A DNA stretch of 64,000 nt from Hemiscyllium ocellatum (taxonomy: Eukaryota). The DNA is taken from positions 11,098,001 to 11,162,000 of the forward strand of contig NC_083437.1 of NCBI RefSeq assembly GCF_020745735.1. Reading direction: 5' to 3'. The notes under the pieces were generated by a model, which worked only from the letters and a program-made list of their open reading frames with translations, did no database searches and was not told where the DNA came from. The translations under genes and the position numbers were made by a program. This document shows positions 13,166-26,794 of this stretch, in pieces. Numbering within the stretch: the stretch's first letter is position 1; the number at the start of each line of letters is the position of its first letter.

Positions 13166-13639
13166 AACATCCCAAACCCCTCAGTTCTGAATGTTATCTT
13201 CCTTTCCTGCTCTGTTGTATAATTCCATAAACATTGAGTTATTTCTGTGACTTAAACAAACCATTGTCACCAGAGCTGTCCATTTTCTCAGTCGGCCATT
13301 TTCCAAGCTTGAGTCCATGTTCTTGAAACTATTATTTCCCATTGACCTGAGGGAGTTTCAATTTTGCGTTTGTTTTAAAATGGCAGAGGCAAGGTGAAGC
13401 CAAAGCAGATATTTTGATTGCATATTTATAGCCCTTTGCTCAATCTGCTTCACAATGAGTAATACCATGTGCTTGACTTCAAATCATTGTTCCTCTGATT
13501 AAAACACCAATGAGATCCAAGCTTAGTTTCTTTTGGGCTAAAGTTCATTACCCATTAGCCACAAAATCTCTAACCTCTGCCATAGTACCTATAGCCTGGA
13601 GGACTCAATATGGAGTTCTTCAATTTCAAAAAACCTGCC

Positions 13640-13905
13640 TTTCCATCCCCCGACTCCTTTCCCAGCCCCTCCCCTTCCCTTCCACTGCTCCCTGCCACCA
13701 ACCAGATTCGTTCCTCCCATTGACCAACCAGGTTGTACCCTCTACCTGTCTTGACCTATCTCCATTTTTCCACACTGCCCCCACCACCCCCATTATCTGC
13801 ACCTCCCTCTACACCCACCCCCCAGAAGAAGGGTTACACCTGAAACGTCGACTTCGCCAGGTCCTGATGCTGTCTGGCTTGCTGTGTTTTCCCAGCCTCC
13901 CGCCC
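13640..13905 (+). mobile_element. Penelope-like 3' end
   Basis: C-rich 3' region then cagaagaagggttacacctgaaacgtcga (degenerate hammerhead core) and ctgctgtgttttcccagc. Confidence 0.7.
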
Positions 13906-14579
13906 ATGTATAATACACTACAAGGCTGTTAAATGAATGAACTAAGTCAGGAGATTATGTTAAAGATTTCTGCAAGTATACTTCACAGTTGAATGTGGAA
14001 CTATTCACTAGAACTGACAGCACTAAGATGTGAGCACAAATTACTTTACTGTGTGCTGTGTACATCAAGCACAAATATATTCATGATCTCAAACACAAAG
14101 AGCCACAGTACAGATGTATTCAGGTTACAAGCAAGTGATAATTTAGTTTATTCTTTGAAACCAGGGCTCATTGTGCAAGGGGTTTTAGTAAGTACAGAGA
14201 CAGACAGATCCAAAAGCTCATTACTGCCAGTGGGGTGTGCAGAAGAGATTCCCTGTGTGCCCGTTTGGTTTGGCAGCTGTTCGAGCTAATGCTTGTGCTA
14301 TTTGAATGAAGTTGTTAAGCCACTTACTGAGGAGGGCATAGGGAGGCTCAGCACGAATGACCTCAACACATAAAGAGAGTTAGTGAAGAGGAGAAATTGT
14401 CCAGTGTGAAGAATGTTAAAGTTTCACTGATGTATATAAAACATTAAACAGCGCAGGTAAAGTGAATCCAATATATGGATGCATATTCAATTTACTGAGG
14501 AACACATTTGAACTTAGGTTTAGAAAAAGTATCTTTTTAGTCAATGGGTGGTGTGATTTTGTTATAAGTTGTCAGTTAT

Positions 14580-14930
14580 AGTCAACTGGGCCAAGAGTAG
14601 GCCACTTGGTCCCTTGACCCTGCTCCACCATCAATAAGATCATAGTTAATCCGAGTACTCCATATTCCCATCTACCATCGATAGTCATTCACCCCTTTGC
14701 TTCTCAAAGACCTATCTCCCGCTCCATTTAAAATTAGTCAAGGATTCTGTTTTCACCACCTTCTCATCTATAAAAAAAGAAACTCCTCATCTTTGTTTTA
14801 AATGAGTTTTAAAAGTGACCTGTAGTTCTGGATTCTCTCAAAAGGTGAAATATCTTTTCCACATCCAATCCATCAAGACCCATTAGGATCTTAAATATTT
14901 CAATCAAATCACCTCTTACTTTTCTTAATG
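14580..14930 (-). mobile_element. CR1 3' fragment
   Basis: RKVRGDLIEIFKILMGLDGLDVEKIF..ESRT. Confidence 0.8.
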
Positions 14931-15487
14931 TCACGGGACATCCATCAGCAGGTGACAGCAGTAAAAGATGGCAACTGGAGCAGTCAAATGGCCAGCACTG
15001 GAAAAACGGGTGTCTTTGGCTGAAAGAGGGCTGCTGGGAAAAGGGGAGCAGACAGGAAAAGGAATTCCTCAGCCTGATATATTCCTCAGCCTGTAAGTCC
15101 TTTTTGTTTGACCTTTGTTTCCCATTCTGTTTGAAATGATTCAGTGGAATAAAGAATCCTGCTCCATGAGCTTTACATCTTCTGTGTGTTTCAACCTCAC
15201 ACTCCATAAACTCCATACAACTCACCTCACCTCAGGAGTCCTCTACCTCAGTTGGACAGTGAGTGCATTCCTTGCCACTAAGAATCTAGTTTCTGGCACA
15301 ATGTTGGAGACTACATTAACAGCCACCCAATCTGCTGATGTCACACTACTACGGGTGTGGTTGGATAAGGCAGACAATCTTAGAATCTCATGGAGTATGG
15401 ATCTATGCCCTCAGGTCTCCTCACAGTCTGTGCAACAATGTTTAATAGATTGTTGTAACTTGTATTAGTTTTGTTCTTGTGTGCGAT

Positions 15488-16380
15488 ATGGACATCATGG
15501 TGGGCCAGCATTTACTCCCTGTACCTTGTTGTCCTTGAGAAGGTGGTAATGAGAGACCTTCTTGAACTGTTGCAGTCCACCTGCTGTGGGTTGACCCACA
15601 ATGTCATTAGGGAGGGAATTCCATGATTCTGAGCCAGCAATGGTGATATATTTCCAAAGCAGAATGGGTAGTGGGAGGGGAAGTTGAAAGTGCTGGAGTT
15701 CCCATGTATCTGTTACCCTTATCCTTCTAGCTGGAAGTGGTTGTGGGTTTGGAAGGTGCTATCCAAGTATCTTTGGTGAATTTCTGTAGTGCCTCCTGTA
15801 GATAGTACACACAGCTGCTACTGAGTGTCAGTGGTGGACAGAGTGGATGCTTGTGGATGTGGTGCCAATTAAGCATGCTGCTTTGACCTGGATGGTGTCA
15901 AGTTTCTTCAGTGTTCTTGGAGTTACAATCATCCAGTCAAGTGGGGAGTATTCCATCACACCCCTGGCTTGTGCCTTGTAGACGTTGACCAAATTTGGAA
16001 GGTCAGGAGGTGAGCCATTGGCCACAATATTCCTAACTTCTGACTTGCTCTTGTAGCCACTGTATTTATGTGGTGAGTCCAGTTGAGCTTCTGGTCAATG
16101 ATAACCCCCAAGATGTTGATGGCAGGGGATTCAGTGTTGGTAACATCATTGGATGTCAAGGGGTGTGGTTTAGATTGTCTCTTGTTGGTGATGGTCATTG
16201 CCTGACATTTTTGTGGTGCAAATACCACTTGCCAATTGTCAGCCCAAGCCTGGATACTGTCCGATTGTATGTGTTGCTTCAGTATCTGAGGAGTCATGAA
16301 TAGTGCTGAACATCGTGCAATCATCGGCAGATTCCCACTTCTGAACTTATGATGGAGGGAAGGTCATTGATGAAACAGAT
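15488..16380 (-). mobile_element. L2/CR1-like LINE 3' fragment
   Basis: IQAWADNWQVVFAPQKCQAM..ILGVIIDQKLNW; YKAQARGVMEYSPLDW..LDTIQ. Confidence 0.85.
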
Positions 16381-17635
16381 TGTCACACAATGAACTGCAA
16401 CTGATCAAGTTTGGGAACTCTTTTTGTGGTTTGGGACTCACTCGTGGTTATTCAGCTGAACAAATAGACTCTTGGAGGCAGTCAAGAAAAGAGGACTGGT
16501 GGCAGTATCCTTCCACCTACAAAATTCGTCATTATAAAATATCAAAGCTGATGTATTACAGCTTTCCAACCAAGAAACATTGAATTGAATCGAATATTCA
16601 AAGTCTTGAATCGAACCTGGGTCCCTGGCTGTGAGGTAAGATTTGGAAGTAAACTGGTTGGTAATGGCAACAAACACTGGCTTTACCAACTAGGTTACTT
16701 CCAAATCTTACCTCTCCTTATTAAATCAACCTCAATTCCACCAGAGACCTCATGGTATTTGAACACAACCTTCCAGGACGTTGATCAAGAGGCAGCAACA
16801 GTACACCATCATTATCCCAGATATCATGCTTTGGGGGCAGACAAGTCCACTGGATGTACCCAGCAGGCATTAGGTTGTGAGTGATGTGGGACAGGAGGAA
16901 GGACTGCATTATGGTGTAGAAGTATATAGGAAGTACTGCTCATAAACAGGCCATTCAGTCCACCTATACCTGACATAATCCCAAACCTCTCTATCCAACC
17001 CTATCAGCATTGGCTAACTACTTGTTCTTTTCTCAATTGTGAAACGAAGTCCACGGTAACTTTATGCAAAACAGCAAATTAAGTGTCGAGAGTGAGAGAT
17101 GATGTTAATGGAAGAGTCACTCAGGAATTACAGATGAGGCAGGTCCATGCTTTGAGATCTAATGTACTTGGTTGAATAATTCCAAGTGCTCAGGAAACCA
17201 TACAAATTCAACATGCTGCGTTGCTTGCCATGCAGAGAGGCTGCAAATTGTTCCATGCCAGCAAGTTTAATTAAAGTTGTTAGTCAGAGGAGTAAGGCTA
17301 TATCTAAATTGATCTAATGCTGCAAATCCCAGACCCCTTCTGTTGGTGTTTGCCAAATAAAAATGTTATTGACTAGAATCGAAAGTAAAACTAGTGATAT
17401 AATAAATATAGATCAGGTGGTGGTGGGGGGGGGGGTGGTGGGGAGTTATTTAGGATCTATTGACTGTTTAAGTCATTCAACATCTTATAGTAATAAAAAC
17501 CTCATTTACTCATTTAAATGTGTTGATTAGGCCTGGGGTGTAAAGCAACACAAATCGGGTTTAAGGGCACACTGCAACACTTCAGGACATTTTAAGCACG
17601 GTGAAAGGGGTTGTACAATGGCTTTCACCGAATTG

Positions 17636-17830
17636 TAGAATCATAGAATCCCTACATTGTGGAAGCAGGCCATTTGGCCCATCAAGTCCACAATAACCCA
17701 CCAAAGAGTAGTCCACCCAGACCCAATCCCCGACTGTATCACTGTAGCCCTGTATTTCCCATTGGCTAATCCACCTAGCCTGCAATTTCTGGACACTATG
17801 GGCAATTTAACATGGCCAATCCAGCTAACC
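17636..17830 (-). mobile_element. HE1 SINE 3' part
   Basis: tagaatccctacattgtggaagcaggcc tail. Confidence 0.85.
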
Positions 17831-19049
17831 ACATCTTATGAAGAAAATCTATCCCCAGTGTTCCTGTTGGAAAATGCAGGCATTGGGTGGAGTTGCAGTT
17901 AGGATTGTTGAGGGTGCTCACTCCAGGGTTGAGTGAGTGGTCTGATGCCACTGACTTCACTGATATATTCAAGACAAAGGAACTGAGGTACTGAGCACAA
18001 AGGGTGCTGTGAGAATCTTGCTCTGGGATGAGTTGGGAAGAGATGGGAGGAGAAAGCAAAGAAACAAGCAACATGAAGGTGCCTCAGAAGAATGTAACAG
18101 AGCCTGCACCTCTTCAAGGCCCACCCCTCTTTTGAAGTAGCAGGAGTTTACAGTTATTTTGTCTTCAGTATAAAGAAAGGTCTTTTTTAAGTGACTCATA
18201 CTGAGTTGGAGTTGAGAAGCATTCAATAAAAGACTGAAAGAAACTGTTACCCTTGAACAAAAATAAAGGTGCTTCCTGTTAACCGACATCTTTGCATTGA
18301 ACAAGACCATGCACGTGTTATTGATCATAATTCCTCATGTTGGCTGTTTGATCTCTCAGTTTATCCTTTTGGGTCGCTATTTCTTTGTAGTGTCTTTACG
18401 ATTGTCATAGAATTATTGAATCCCGACAGTGTGGAAACGGGCCATTTAGCCCTTCATTAGAAAACAGCTCTTTCCCAGAAGCTGAAATCTGATGACTGCT
18501 GATGAGAAATCAAGGCATCTAAATGATGTTGAAAATTCAATGTGTGACTGAGATCTGCCAAATGCACCGGTTGGTGGCATGGAGTTCCATTAACTTGTTA
18601 TAAACATCTTGACAATCTATATTCAGTCAAAAGAAAGTGGAAAATAAAAACCCTTGAAGAGCATTTATAAATTTACTACCTGCTTACAAACCTCATCCAA
18701 ACCAATTTGGTTGACTCTGAACTGCCCTCTGAGAGTCCTCAGAAGCCATTCAGTTCAAGGGTAATTAGGGATGGGCAACAAATACTGGTCTGAAGTGATG
18801 CCAACATTCCCATGAAAGAATGAAGGATACTGTACATACTTTGTTCCACTACCTGACTCAGACCTATTTCTGAGTTATTTTAATGCCAATTTCTGATGGA
18901 TAAACCCTTTAAAGTATTCAACTGACCATGAAATAAAGTGTGGACTTAATAGGCTGAATGGCCTCCTTCCACACTGTAGGGATTCTATGAACTAGTTAGA
19001 ATTCTACAAACTAGTGAAGTATCACAGTGATCGGTGTAGGAGACTTAAC

Positions 19050-19382
19050 CTCCACAGTGTGGAAACAGACCATTTGGCCCAACTAGTCCACATTGACCCT
19101 CTGAAGAGTAACCCACCCAGATCCATTCTCCTAGCCTATTACTCTACCTTTACCCTGACTAATGCACCTAAACTACACATCCCTGAAAACTATAGGCAAT
19201 TTAGTAAGACCAATCCACCTAACCTGCACGTCTTTGTGACTGTGGGAGGAAACCGGAGCACCTGGAGGAAACCCACACAGACATGGGGAGAATGTGCAAA
19301 CTCCACACAGATAGTCGCCCAAGACTGGAATTGAATTCAGGTCTCTGGCAGCAGTGCTAACCACTGAGTCACTGTGCCACCC
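19050..19382 (-). mobile_element. HE1 SINE
   Basis: V-domain and tRNA head; a plus-strand HE1 tail lies at ~18938-18990. Confidence 0.9.
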
Positions 19383-19499
19383 AACTATTTATCATTTCCG
19401 TCAATCATTGGGTTAGGAGAACCAAATAGTTAGTTTCTAAATTTGCTGAAGGCATCAAGGTAAGTAAGAAATAAGTTGTTAAGAGGAGATAAAGGGATA

Positions 19500-20770
19500 C
19501 ACTGAGGTGAGTGAATTACAGATGAGAATATACTCAAGGAAAATGCGAGCTCCTCCCCTTTAGCAGGGAATAGCTAAACGTGTATACTATTTAAATGGTG
19601 AGAGCTAGCAAAACCCAGAAGCGCAGAAAGATCTGTGTGTTCTAATATATGAATCACAAAGAAACAAATTAGTGTGCAGATTCAGCAAGTGATTGGAAAG
19701 ACAATTGGAAAATTGCCATTGATTACATGGGGAATATAACATGTAGGGCAGCTTGCTTTGCTTCAGTTGTACAGGACATTATTGGGGCTACAACGAGAGC
19801 ACTGTGCAGAACTTTAGTCTCCTTCTTCAAAAAAATGTTATGTTTAATGAGAAATTTTACCAACAAACATTCACTTGACTGATTCCTGGATTGTCTTATC
19901 AGCAAGGGTTGGACAGACTGGGCCAATATCCATTGCAGTTCAGAAGAACATGTGTTGGTTTTACTGAAATGATTAGGAGGGAATTGATAAAGTGAATGCT
20001 GAAAGGGTGCTTTCCTTTGTAGGGGAGTCTAGAGGTAAGTTTAAGCACAGCGAAAGTGAGGACTGCAGATGCTGGAGATCAGAGTCAAGATTAAAGTTGT
20101 GCTGGAAAAGCACAGCAGGTCAGGCAGCATCTGAGGAGCAGGAAAATCGATGTTTCGGGCAAAGGCCCTTCCTGATGAAAGGCTTTTACCCAAAACGTCA
20201 ATTTTCCTGCTCCTCAGATGCTGCCTGACCTGCTGTGCTTTTCCCACTCCACTCTAATCTTGATTAAGTTTAAACACCCCCACTTTAGGAGAAGATCATT
20301 AATCTGTGAAATTCTCTTCCTCAGATAGCAGTAGGGACTGAAACAGTGAATATGTTTTAAGACCAAGTTCATCAGCTTCTTGACTGACAAGGTAATCAAC
20401 GGTTATGGAGCTAGAGAGAATGTATAAGCCACACTCAGTTCAGTTATGACGTTGTCAAAAGATTGGGATTAAGGGTTGAACAGCCTGTTCCTGCTACTAC
20501 TTATTATGATCTTATACAGCACTCTGTCTAATTTTGAAGGATGTATTTTTGAAGGGATGTCAAGGCCTTGGAGATCTGCTGGATATCTAACGGAATGGGA
20601 TCAGTGATATGGAGAAGTTGGGATTCACCTTCCAGCAGAGCAAGGTTAATAAAGATTTCATAAGGACACTTCTTGTTCTGAGAGATAGGGAGAAAGTGTT
20701 CTATTGGGAGGCAGGTGAGGGACCAGAGGACACAGAGCCAGAGAGCATGAACAAGCTTCTTGATACACGG
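19500..20770 (+). mobile_element. Old CR1 fragments (interrupted by a PLE hairpin)
   Basis: Degenerate DLGVL, ESRG and MEKLG..DREKVF..GTRGH motifs. Confidence 0.6.
20051..20263. mobile_element. Penelope-like fold-back element
   Basis: Inverted arms around cctgatgaaaggcttttacccaaaacgtc; taagtttaa(g/a)cac on both flanks. Confidence 0.85.
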
Positions 20771-21299
20771 TGAGTTGTTCTGCTCTGGCAATGTCTAAAA
20801 GGATGTTGGAAATCAATTCCAACTTTAAAGGAAAATCAGCTTTTTTTACACGGCAAGAAAATATTTGCATGACTATAAGCAGAAAACAAGAGAAGGGGCT
20901 TCACTGGAAAGCCCTTTTGACGGGCTATCTAGGTTGCCATAGGAGGTGCTGTCTCTAATACTAGAGAGAGACAGCTGGTGGTGGTTTAACCTGAGGGACC
21001 CATACCTCAGGAGAGGGGAGAGGTTGAGAAGGAGAGTCCTTCATGGTAACCTCCTCATGCAAGACCACATAGCTCCATCCTGTATGTTTCTACGACTTAA
21101 ATCCGAACATGTTGGTTGTCTTAAAACTGCATAAAAATTTAATGAATTGTCATTCTCCTTCAAGAATTTTATTTTTAAAAAGCAGGGCTAGGAGAGGTAG
21201 CAGGGCAAGATGATAGAGGGATGATAGAGAGTAAGGGAAACCTGTAGTGCTCGGGTGTAATGAATATGTAGATGAGCACTTAAGGCAAGCTGTGCTGTT

Positions 21300-21415
21300 A
21301 GGGCCCTTGAGGCACAATGGCAGTGTCCCTATCTATGGGCTGCGATGTCTGTGTTCAAGTCCTACCTTCTCTAGAGGTGTGTCATAACATCTCAGAACAG
21401 GTTTTCTATAAAAAT
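21300..21415 (+). mobile_element. Short tRNA-like SINE family D
   Basis: A/B-box-like head (ggcacaatggcagt..gttcaagtcc); inverse copy at ~44005-44110. Confidence 0.55.
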
Positions 21416-22264
21416 CAACATACCGTGGTCATATGACAGTCCCCTGCTAGAAGGTTAGAATCTGTACAAGGCATGTTGCTCTGTAACCTTACCATCCTGT
21501 CCAGCCTGTTGAAAACTAAATATGGCTTTAAAGTTAACTCCAGAGTCTGGTCTGAGCTTGTCTGACAATCCAAAAATCCCACAGTAGCATAGAAACTGGA
21601 GGCTTTAATCTACAAGAAGGATCAATGACAGTGAAGGTAAGGACAGTTCTTAACTACCTTCCAGAATTATAATAGGAAGGAATTGATTGAGATTTAATAA
21701 TGAATGCATTTGGACAAAAGACAGAATACTAGTCCTAATTATTTTATTTATATTTAAGGGCAAGACCAGCTGAGTGGTGGCTTGATTGTGTAGTTCATTT
21801 AGCAGGAATTGAAAGAAACATCAGTTGAAGGGTATGAGATAATGTAGTTAATGTTGAAGTAAAACTGATTAAAGTGATTAATCAGAAATTGCACAGACAG
21901 AGGAAGTGGGAGACAGTGATTTGAATCAGAGCGGAGGGAAAACACTAATGAGTTTAATTGGAGACTCACTAGAGATCGATAATCAGTTTAACAATGATGA
22001 AGTAAATAGTTGGTGCATTGATTTAATAGGAGGATGATTGGAGCCGCACATCAGAATGAGACTTATTTATTCTGCTCACTGCAATAATTTCAATGCTATT
22101 TGTTTCTTAATAACTAGCATTAATGTTTCATAATGACACAAAAATTCATTGCAAACTTCGAGAGAGCTGGGATTGTTCATGATTAGAACGAGATCATGCA
22201 GCATAGATATCATATCATGAACTGGTTTTGATCAATCGAAAAGGTTATAGAGTGATGTAGGACC

Positions 22265-22402
22265 CTCCTCTAGCTTATCTCTCCACGCTTCAGGCTCACT
22301 GCCTTTATTCCTGATGAAGGGCTTTTGCCCGAAATGTCGATTTCGCTGCACTTTGGATGCTGCCTGAAATTCTGTGCTCTTCCAGCACCACTGATCCAGA
22401 AT
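22265..22402 (+). mobile_element. Penelope-like terminus with hammerhead core
   Basis: CTGATGA-AGGGC-TTTT-GCCC-GAAA at 22311-22334; same subfamily as 8430-8702. Confidence 0.85.
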
Positions 22403-23649
22403 GTTATAGGTACTGTCTGGAGTGAGGATCGGCTCAACTCCTTTATAAATAGTCTCTTATCTCTGCTAGCAGTATAACTAACGTGAACCTTTAACACTTG
22501 AACCAGATTCCATCAACACAATCAATTGTTCCCTCAAGTTTCATTACCCCACATGCCTTTGTTACCATGAGAACTGACTGTGCCCATGTCCTTCCAGCTG
22601 GCTTCCCTCCTTACATCTTCTCACCTTAAATCTCTGCTCAGCTCTGCAGCCCACATCCAAACTCATCCCAAATGCCAGTGATCTAAACTGAAGCTCATTC
22701 CATCAATTTTGGGAAGAGTTATCTTTTCTCAAGCTTCCGCTGAAATTCATTTGCATGTTGCTGGATGCAGAATCTGCCATGGGCCAACATTATAAGATAC
22801 AAATTATTTTAAACCCGGCTTTGAAAAGGTATTGCTTGATATAGCAAAGAGTTGTAAATTAGTGCTGTTTCATTAATACAAATGAAAATTGGTTTGTCAC
22901 AATAAGGAAGCATGTCAGTTAGAGTCTACTACATCAGATTTACTCCCACAGAAAGATATAGTCGCATTTACCAGCAATGTTGTACTTGTGGACCAGTTCT
23001 TCACAAATTAAAAAAAAATCTAAAGATTTTAAAATGCCCCTTATACTCAAAACACCAAGCTTAATGTTAAGAACCATCTGAAAAGAATGTAATTAATGGG
23101 AACTGATGGGATTATTAATTCAGTGTGGGGGTGTTGAATGAGGTGTCTTTTGAGAGCTTTTCCAACAAAACATTTCAAACCTTGGCCTGCACTGAGAATA
23201 ATTTGTTTTCAAAATGCATTTTACACAGATTTGACTAAATTACATAAAGGGAATAATGTAACTAAGCAGAAATTCCTGATTCATATCTTCTTTTGAAAGC
23301 ATTGTGATGGTTATTGTGCTTTAGTGACCAAAGATTAGCCCAAAGATGCTGTTGAATAGTTAAACCAGACCATTTATTTTGCTATTAGATTAAAGAGATT
23401 CTGTCAGGATTACACCTTATGGTTAAAATGCCTTGATGGACTATTTAATTTAATTTTATTGTCACGTGTGCTCAAGTACAAAAGAACAGTAAATAGTGTA
23501 TATGTCACAACACAAGGCACTATGTTAGGTACAAATACCTAGGTACAGAATTTTAAAAAGAAAGAACAATTTTAAACATTGTAGTAATTGTAGTATAGTC
23601 TAAAACATACAAAATAAGGTTAAAAGTTATACACTGCCAACCTTCAGAA

Positions 23650-24027
23650 TTGCTGTGGTTGTGGGTATGTTTGCCGAGCTGGGAAGTTGATTTGAAGACG
23701 TTTTACCTCCCTGTCTAGGTGACATCTTCGGTGCTTTGGAGCCTCCTGTGAAGTACTGCTGTACTGTGTCTTCTGGACTTTATTTGGTTCCATTCCTGCT
23801 GCTTTCTGTTGTTTGGTGTAGTGGTCGATGTATTGGGACGGTCAAGTGCTTGTTGATGGAGTCTGAGGATCAGTGTCATTCTACTAGAAATTCTCTGGCT
23901 GTCCTCTGTTTGACTTGTCCTATGATCGTTGCGTTGTCCCAGTCAACTCTGTGGTTGCTGTCATCTGTGTGTGTGGCTGTTCGGGACAGCTGGTCGTGGC
24001 ATTTGGTGGCTAGTTGGTATTCATGAA
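23650..24027 (-). mobile_element. Penelope-like (Poseidon-type) GIY-YIG C-terminal fragment
   Basis: IHEYQLATKCHDQLS..HRVDWDNATIIGQVKQRTAREFL..SINKHL; degenerate hammerhead-like tail gaagatgtcacctag..aaaacgtct. Confidence 0.8.
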
Positions 24028-24097
24028 TGCAAAGTTAAAAATCACACAACACCAGGCTATAGTCCAACTTTAGTAAAGTTTATGCATGGTAGACTAA

Positions 24098-24583
24098 AGC
24101 TGAAAATGTGTTGCTGGAAAAGCACAGCAGGTCAGGCAGCATCCAAAGAGCAGGAGAATCGATGTTTCAGGCATGAGCCCTTCTGCAGAAATGAAGAAAT
24201 TGTGCCAAGCAGGCTAAGATAAAAGGTAGGGAGGAGGGACTTGGGGGAGGGGCGTTGGAAATGCGATAGGTGGAAGGAAGTCAAGGCAAGGGTGATAGGT
24301 TGGAGTGGGGGTGGGCACGGAGAGGTCAGGAAGAAGATTGCAGGTTAGGAAGGTGGTGCTGAGTTCGAGGGTTGGGACTGAGACAAGGTGGGGGGAGGGG
24401 AAATGAGGAAACTGAAGAAATCTGAGTTCATCCCTTGTGGTTGGAGGGTTCCTAGGCAGAAGATGAGACACTCTTCCTCCAGCTACTGTGTTGCTATGGT
24501 CTGGCGACAAAGGAGTCCAAGGACCTTTTCCAGCAAAACATTTTCAGCTCTGATCTCCAGCATTTGCAGTTCTCACTTTCTCC
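24098..24583 (-). mobile_element. Penelope family A 3' fragment with short inverted arm
   Basis: Near-identical to the reverse complement of 46770-47155; 15 bp TSD tgcatggtagactaa at 24083-24097 and 24584-24598. Confidence 0.9.
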
Positions 24584-25580
24584 TGCATGGTAGACTAAGT
24601 AAAGTTAAGTCATATGGGATTCAGGGTGAGCTGGCATTTGATACAAAATTGGTTTGTTGATAGGAAGCAGAAAGTGGTAGTGGCGGGTTATTTTTCACAC
24701 GGGAGGCCTGTGACCAGCAGTGTACCACAGGGATCGGTACTGGGTCCTCTTTTGTTTTACATTTATATAAATGATTTGGATGAGATTATTGGAGACATGT
24801 TTAGTAAGTGTGCAGATGACAACAAAATTGGAGGTATCGTGAACAGTGTTGAAGGTAATCTAAAATAACAAAAGAGAATTTTATCAATTGGGTCAACGGG
24901 CCAATGAGTGGCAGATGGATTTTCATCTGGATAAATATGAAGTATTGCATTTTGTTAAAACAAACAAGGACAGTAATTATACAATTAATAGTGGGGCCTT
25001 GTGTAATTTTGTAGAACAGCAAACCTCGGGTTCAAATACATAATTCTTTGAAATTTAAATCACAATAGACAGGCTGATTAAGAAAACATTTAGTACACTT
25101 GCTTTCATTGCTCAGTGCTTTGAGTTAGGATTTCATGCTGAGGTTGCACACACTGTTAGTGAGGCTCCTTCTGGAGTACTGCGTGCAGTTCTGGTCACCC
25201 TGTTATAGGAAGAATATTATTAAGCTGGAGAAGGTTCAGAAAAGATTTACCAGGGTATTGCCTGGAATGGAAGGATTGAGTTAAAAAATAGGCTGGAAAG
25301 GCTGGAACTTTTTTTCCTCTGGAGCACCAGAGGACCAGAGGTTCATAAAATCATGAGGGGCGTGGATAGGGTGAATAGCAAAGATCTTCAAAACTAGGAA
25401 GTTCAAAACTAGAGGGCATACTTTTAAGGTGAAGGAGAAATATTTAAAAAGGACTCAAGGGGCAACTTTTTTGTGTACAGAGTACGGTACATGTATGGAA
25501 AGAAATTCCAGAGGACATGGTGGATGCTGTAACATTTGCAACATTTAAAACATATTTGATAATTAGATGAATAAGAAATT

Positions 25581-25911
25581 GGGGCATTGTGGTGGCTCAG
25601 TGGTTAGCACTGCTGCCTCACAGCACCAGAGATCTGGGTTCAATTCGTGCCTTGGGCGACTGTCTGGAGTTTGCACATTCTCCCTGTGTCTGTGTGGGTT
25701 TCCTCCAGGTGCTCTGGTTTCCTGCCACAATCCAAAAACACACAGGACAAGTGAATTGGCCATGCTAAATTGCCCAGCATGATAGGTTCGTTAGTCAGTG
25801 GTTAAAAATAGGGTATGGGAACGGGTCTGCATGGGTTACTCTTCAGAGGGTCAGTGTGCACTTGTTGGGCCAAATGGCCTGTTTCCATACAGTAGGGAAT
25901 CTAATCTAATC
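25581..25911 (+). mobile_element. HE1 SINE
   Basis: Full length with (aatct)n tail, inside the CR1 3' end. Confidence 0.95.
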
Positions 25912-26794
25912 AAATGTTTGGAAGGACCTGGACCACATGCAGGCAGGTGGGATCAGTCCAGCTTGGGATTATAGTTGGCATGGACTGGTTGGTTCAAATA
26001 GTCTATTTCTGTGCTCTATGACTCTAATACACTGTACAACTCTATTTCATAATCATGTCCATTCTTATCAAGCTTCACAGAGTCAATTCTTTTATTGTGC
26101 AATTTGATGTCACTCCGAGTTTGAGTTCCTTACGGACTGGTTGAGTAGCAGGCAAAAATGAGAACTATCTTCAGGCTTAGACTTCAGAACAACACTATTC
26201 ATTGTACGTTAATACAGGATGTTGTGTTCATAATAATCATATATATTCCAGCCTCTGACTTATAGTTATGGTTGGTCAAGACTAATCTATCTTTGTGTGT
26301 TCATGTCCATGTCGATTGTTGCAGAGATCCAGTTGACTGATGGAATATGTCTAAAACTCAAGATTTTATGCATTGAAGCCCACATTTAAAGCCCAATACT
26401 GATCCTCAGTGCTTGCACACATCTTTTCCCTTTTACAAATGATTACTGTTAATTCAATGAGCTGTTTTGTATTAGATCAGCCATGTGCTGGAATCAAATA
26501 ATTATTTTGCAGCTTAAGAACTTCAAAGAGCATTCAATTATTAATTCTACTGGTGATGTATTGCTTCTAATGGTTTATTTTGTTCTTAGTGTTACTGTTA
26601 ATCATTCACATTTAATTATTGTAGATGAACATACATTGGCAGAATTTGCATTATTACCAGATGCTGATTTAAACCACAATGCATTTATTCTACTTTTGAT
26701 TACATGGTGTTCACAGAAGCTGACATCAATGTGGTGAGAGCGCATTCAACACTTCAGGCCTGTGACTGTAATTAAACTGGAGCCACTTGGCCCT

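Larger units (their letters stand above)
24070..26026 (+). mobile_element. CR1 LINE fragment carrying PLE and HE1 insertions
   Basis: SSVPQGSVLGPLLF.IYINDLD..CADDNKIGG; 3' tail ctctatgactct. Confidence 0.9.

Noticed and set aside
14968-15098. ATG..CT|GTAAGT possible first coding exon
   Set aside because: Abuts a CR1 fragment, no promoter signature, no partner exon or homology
20585-20775. Strong donors CAG|GTGAGG and ACG|GTGAGT with an upstream ORF
   Set aside because: Peptide MEKLG..DREKVF..GTRGH is decayed CR1 3' sequence
25581-25660. tRNA-like sequences (also 44448, 55671 and others)
   Set aside because: SINE heads continuing into HE1 bodies; not standalone tRNA genes
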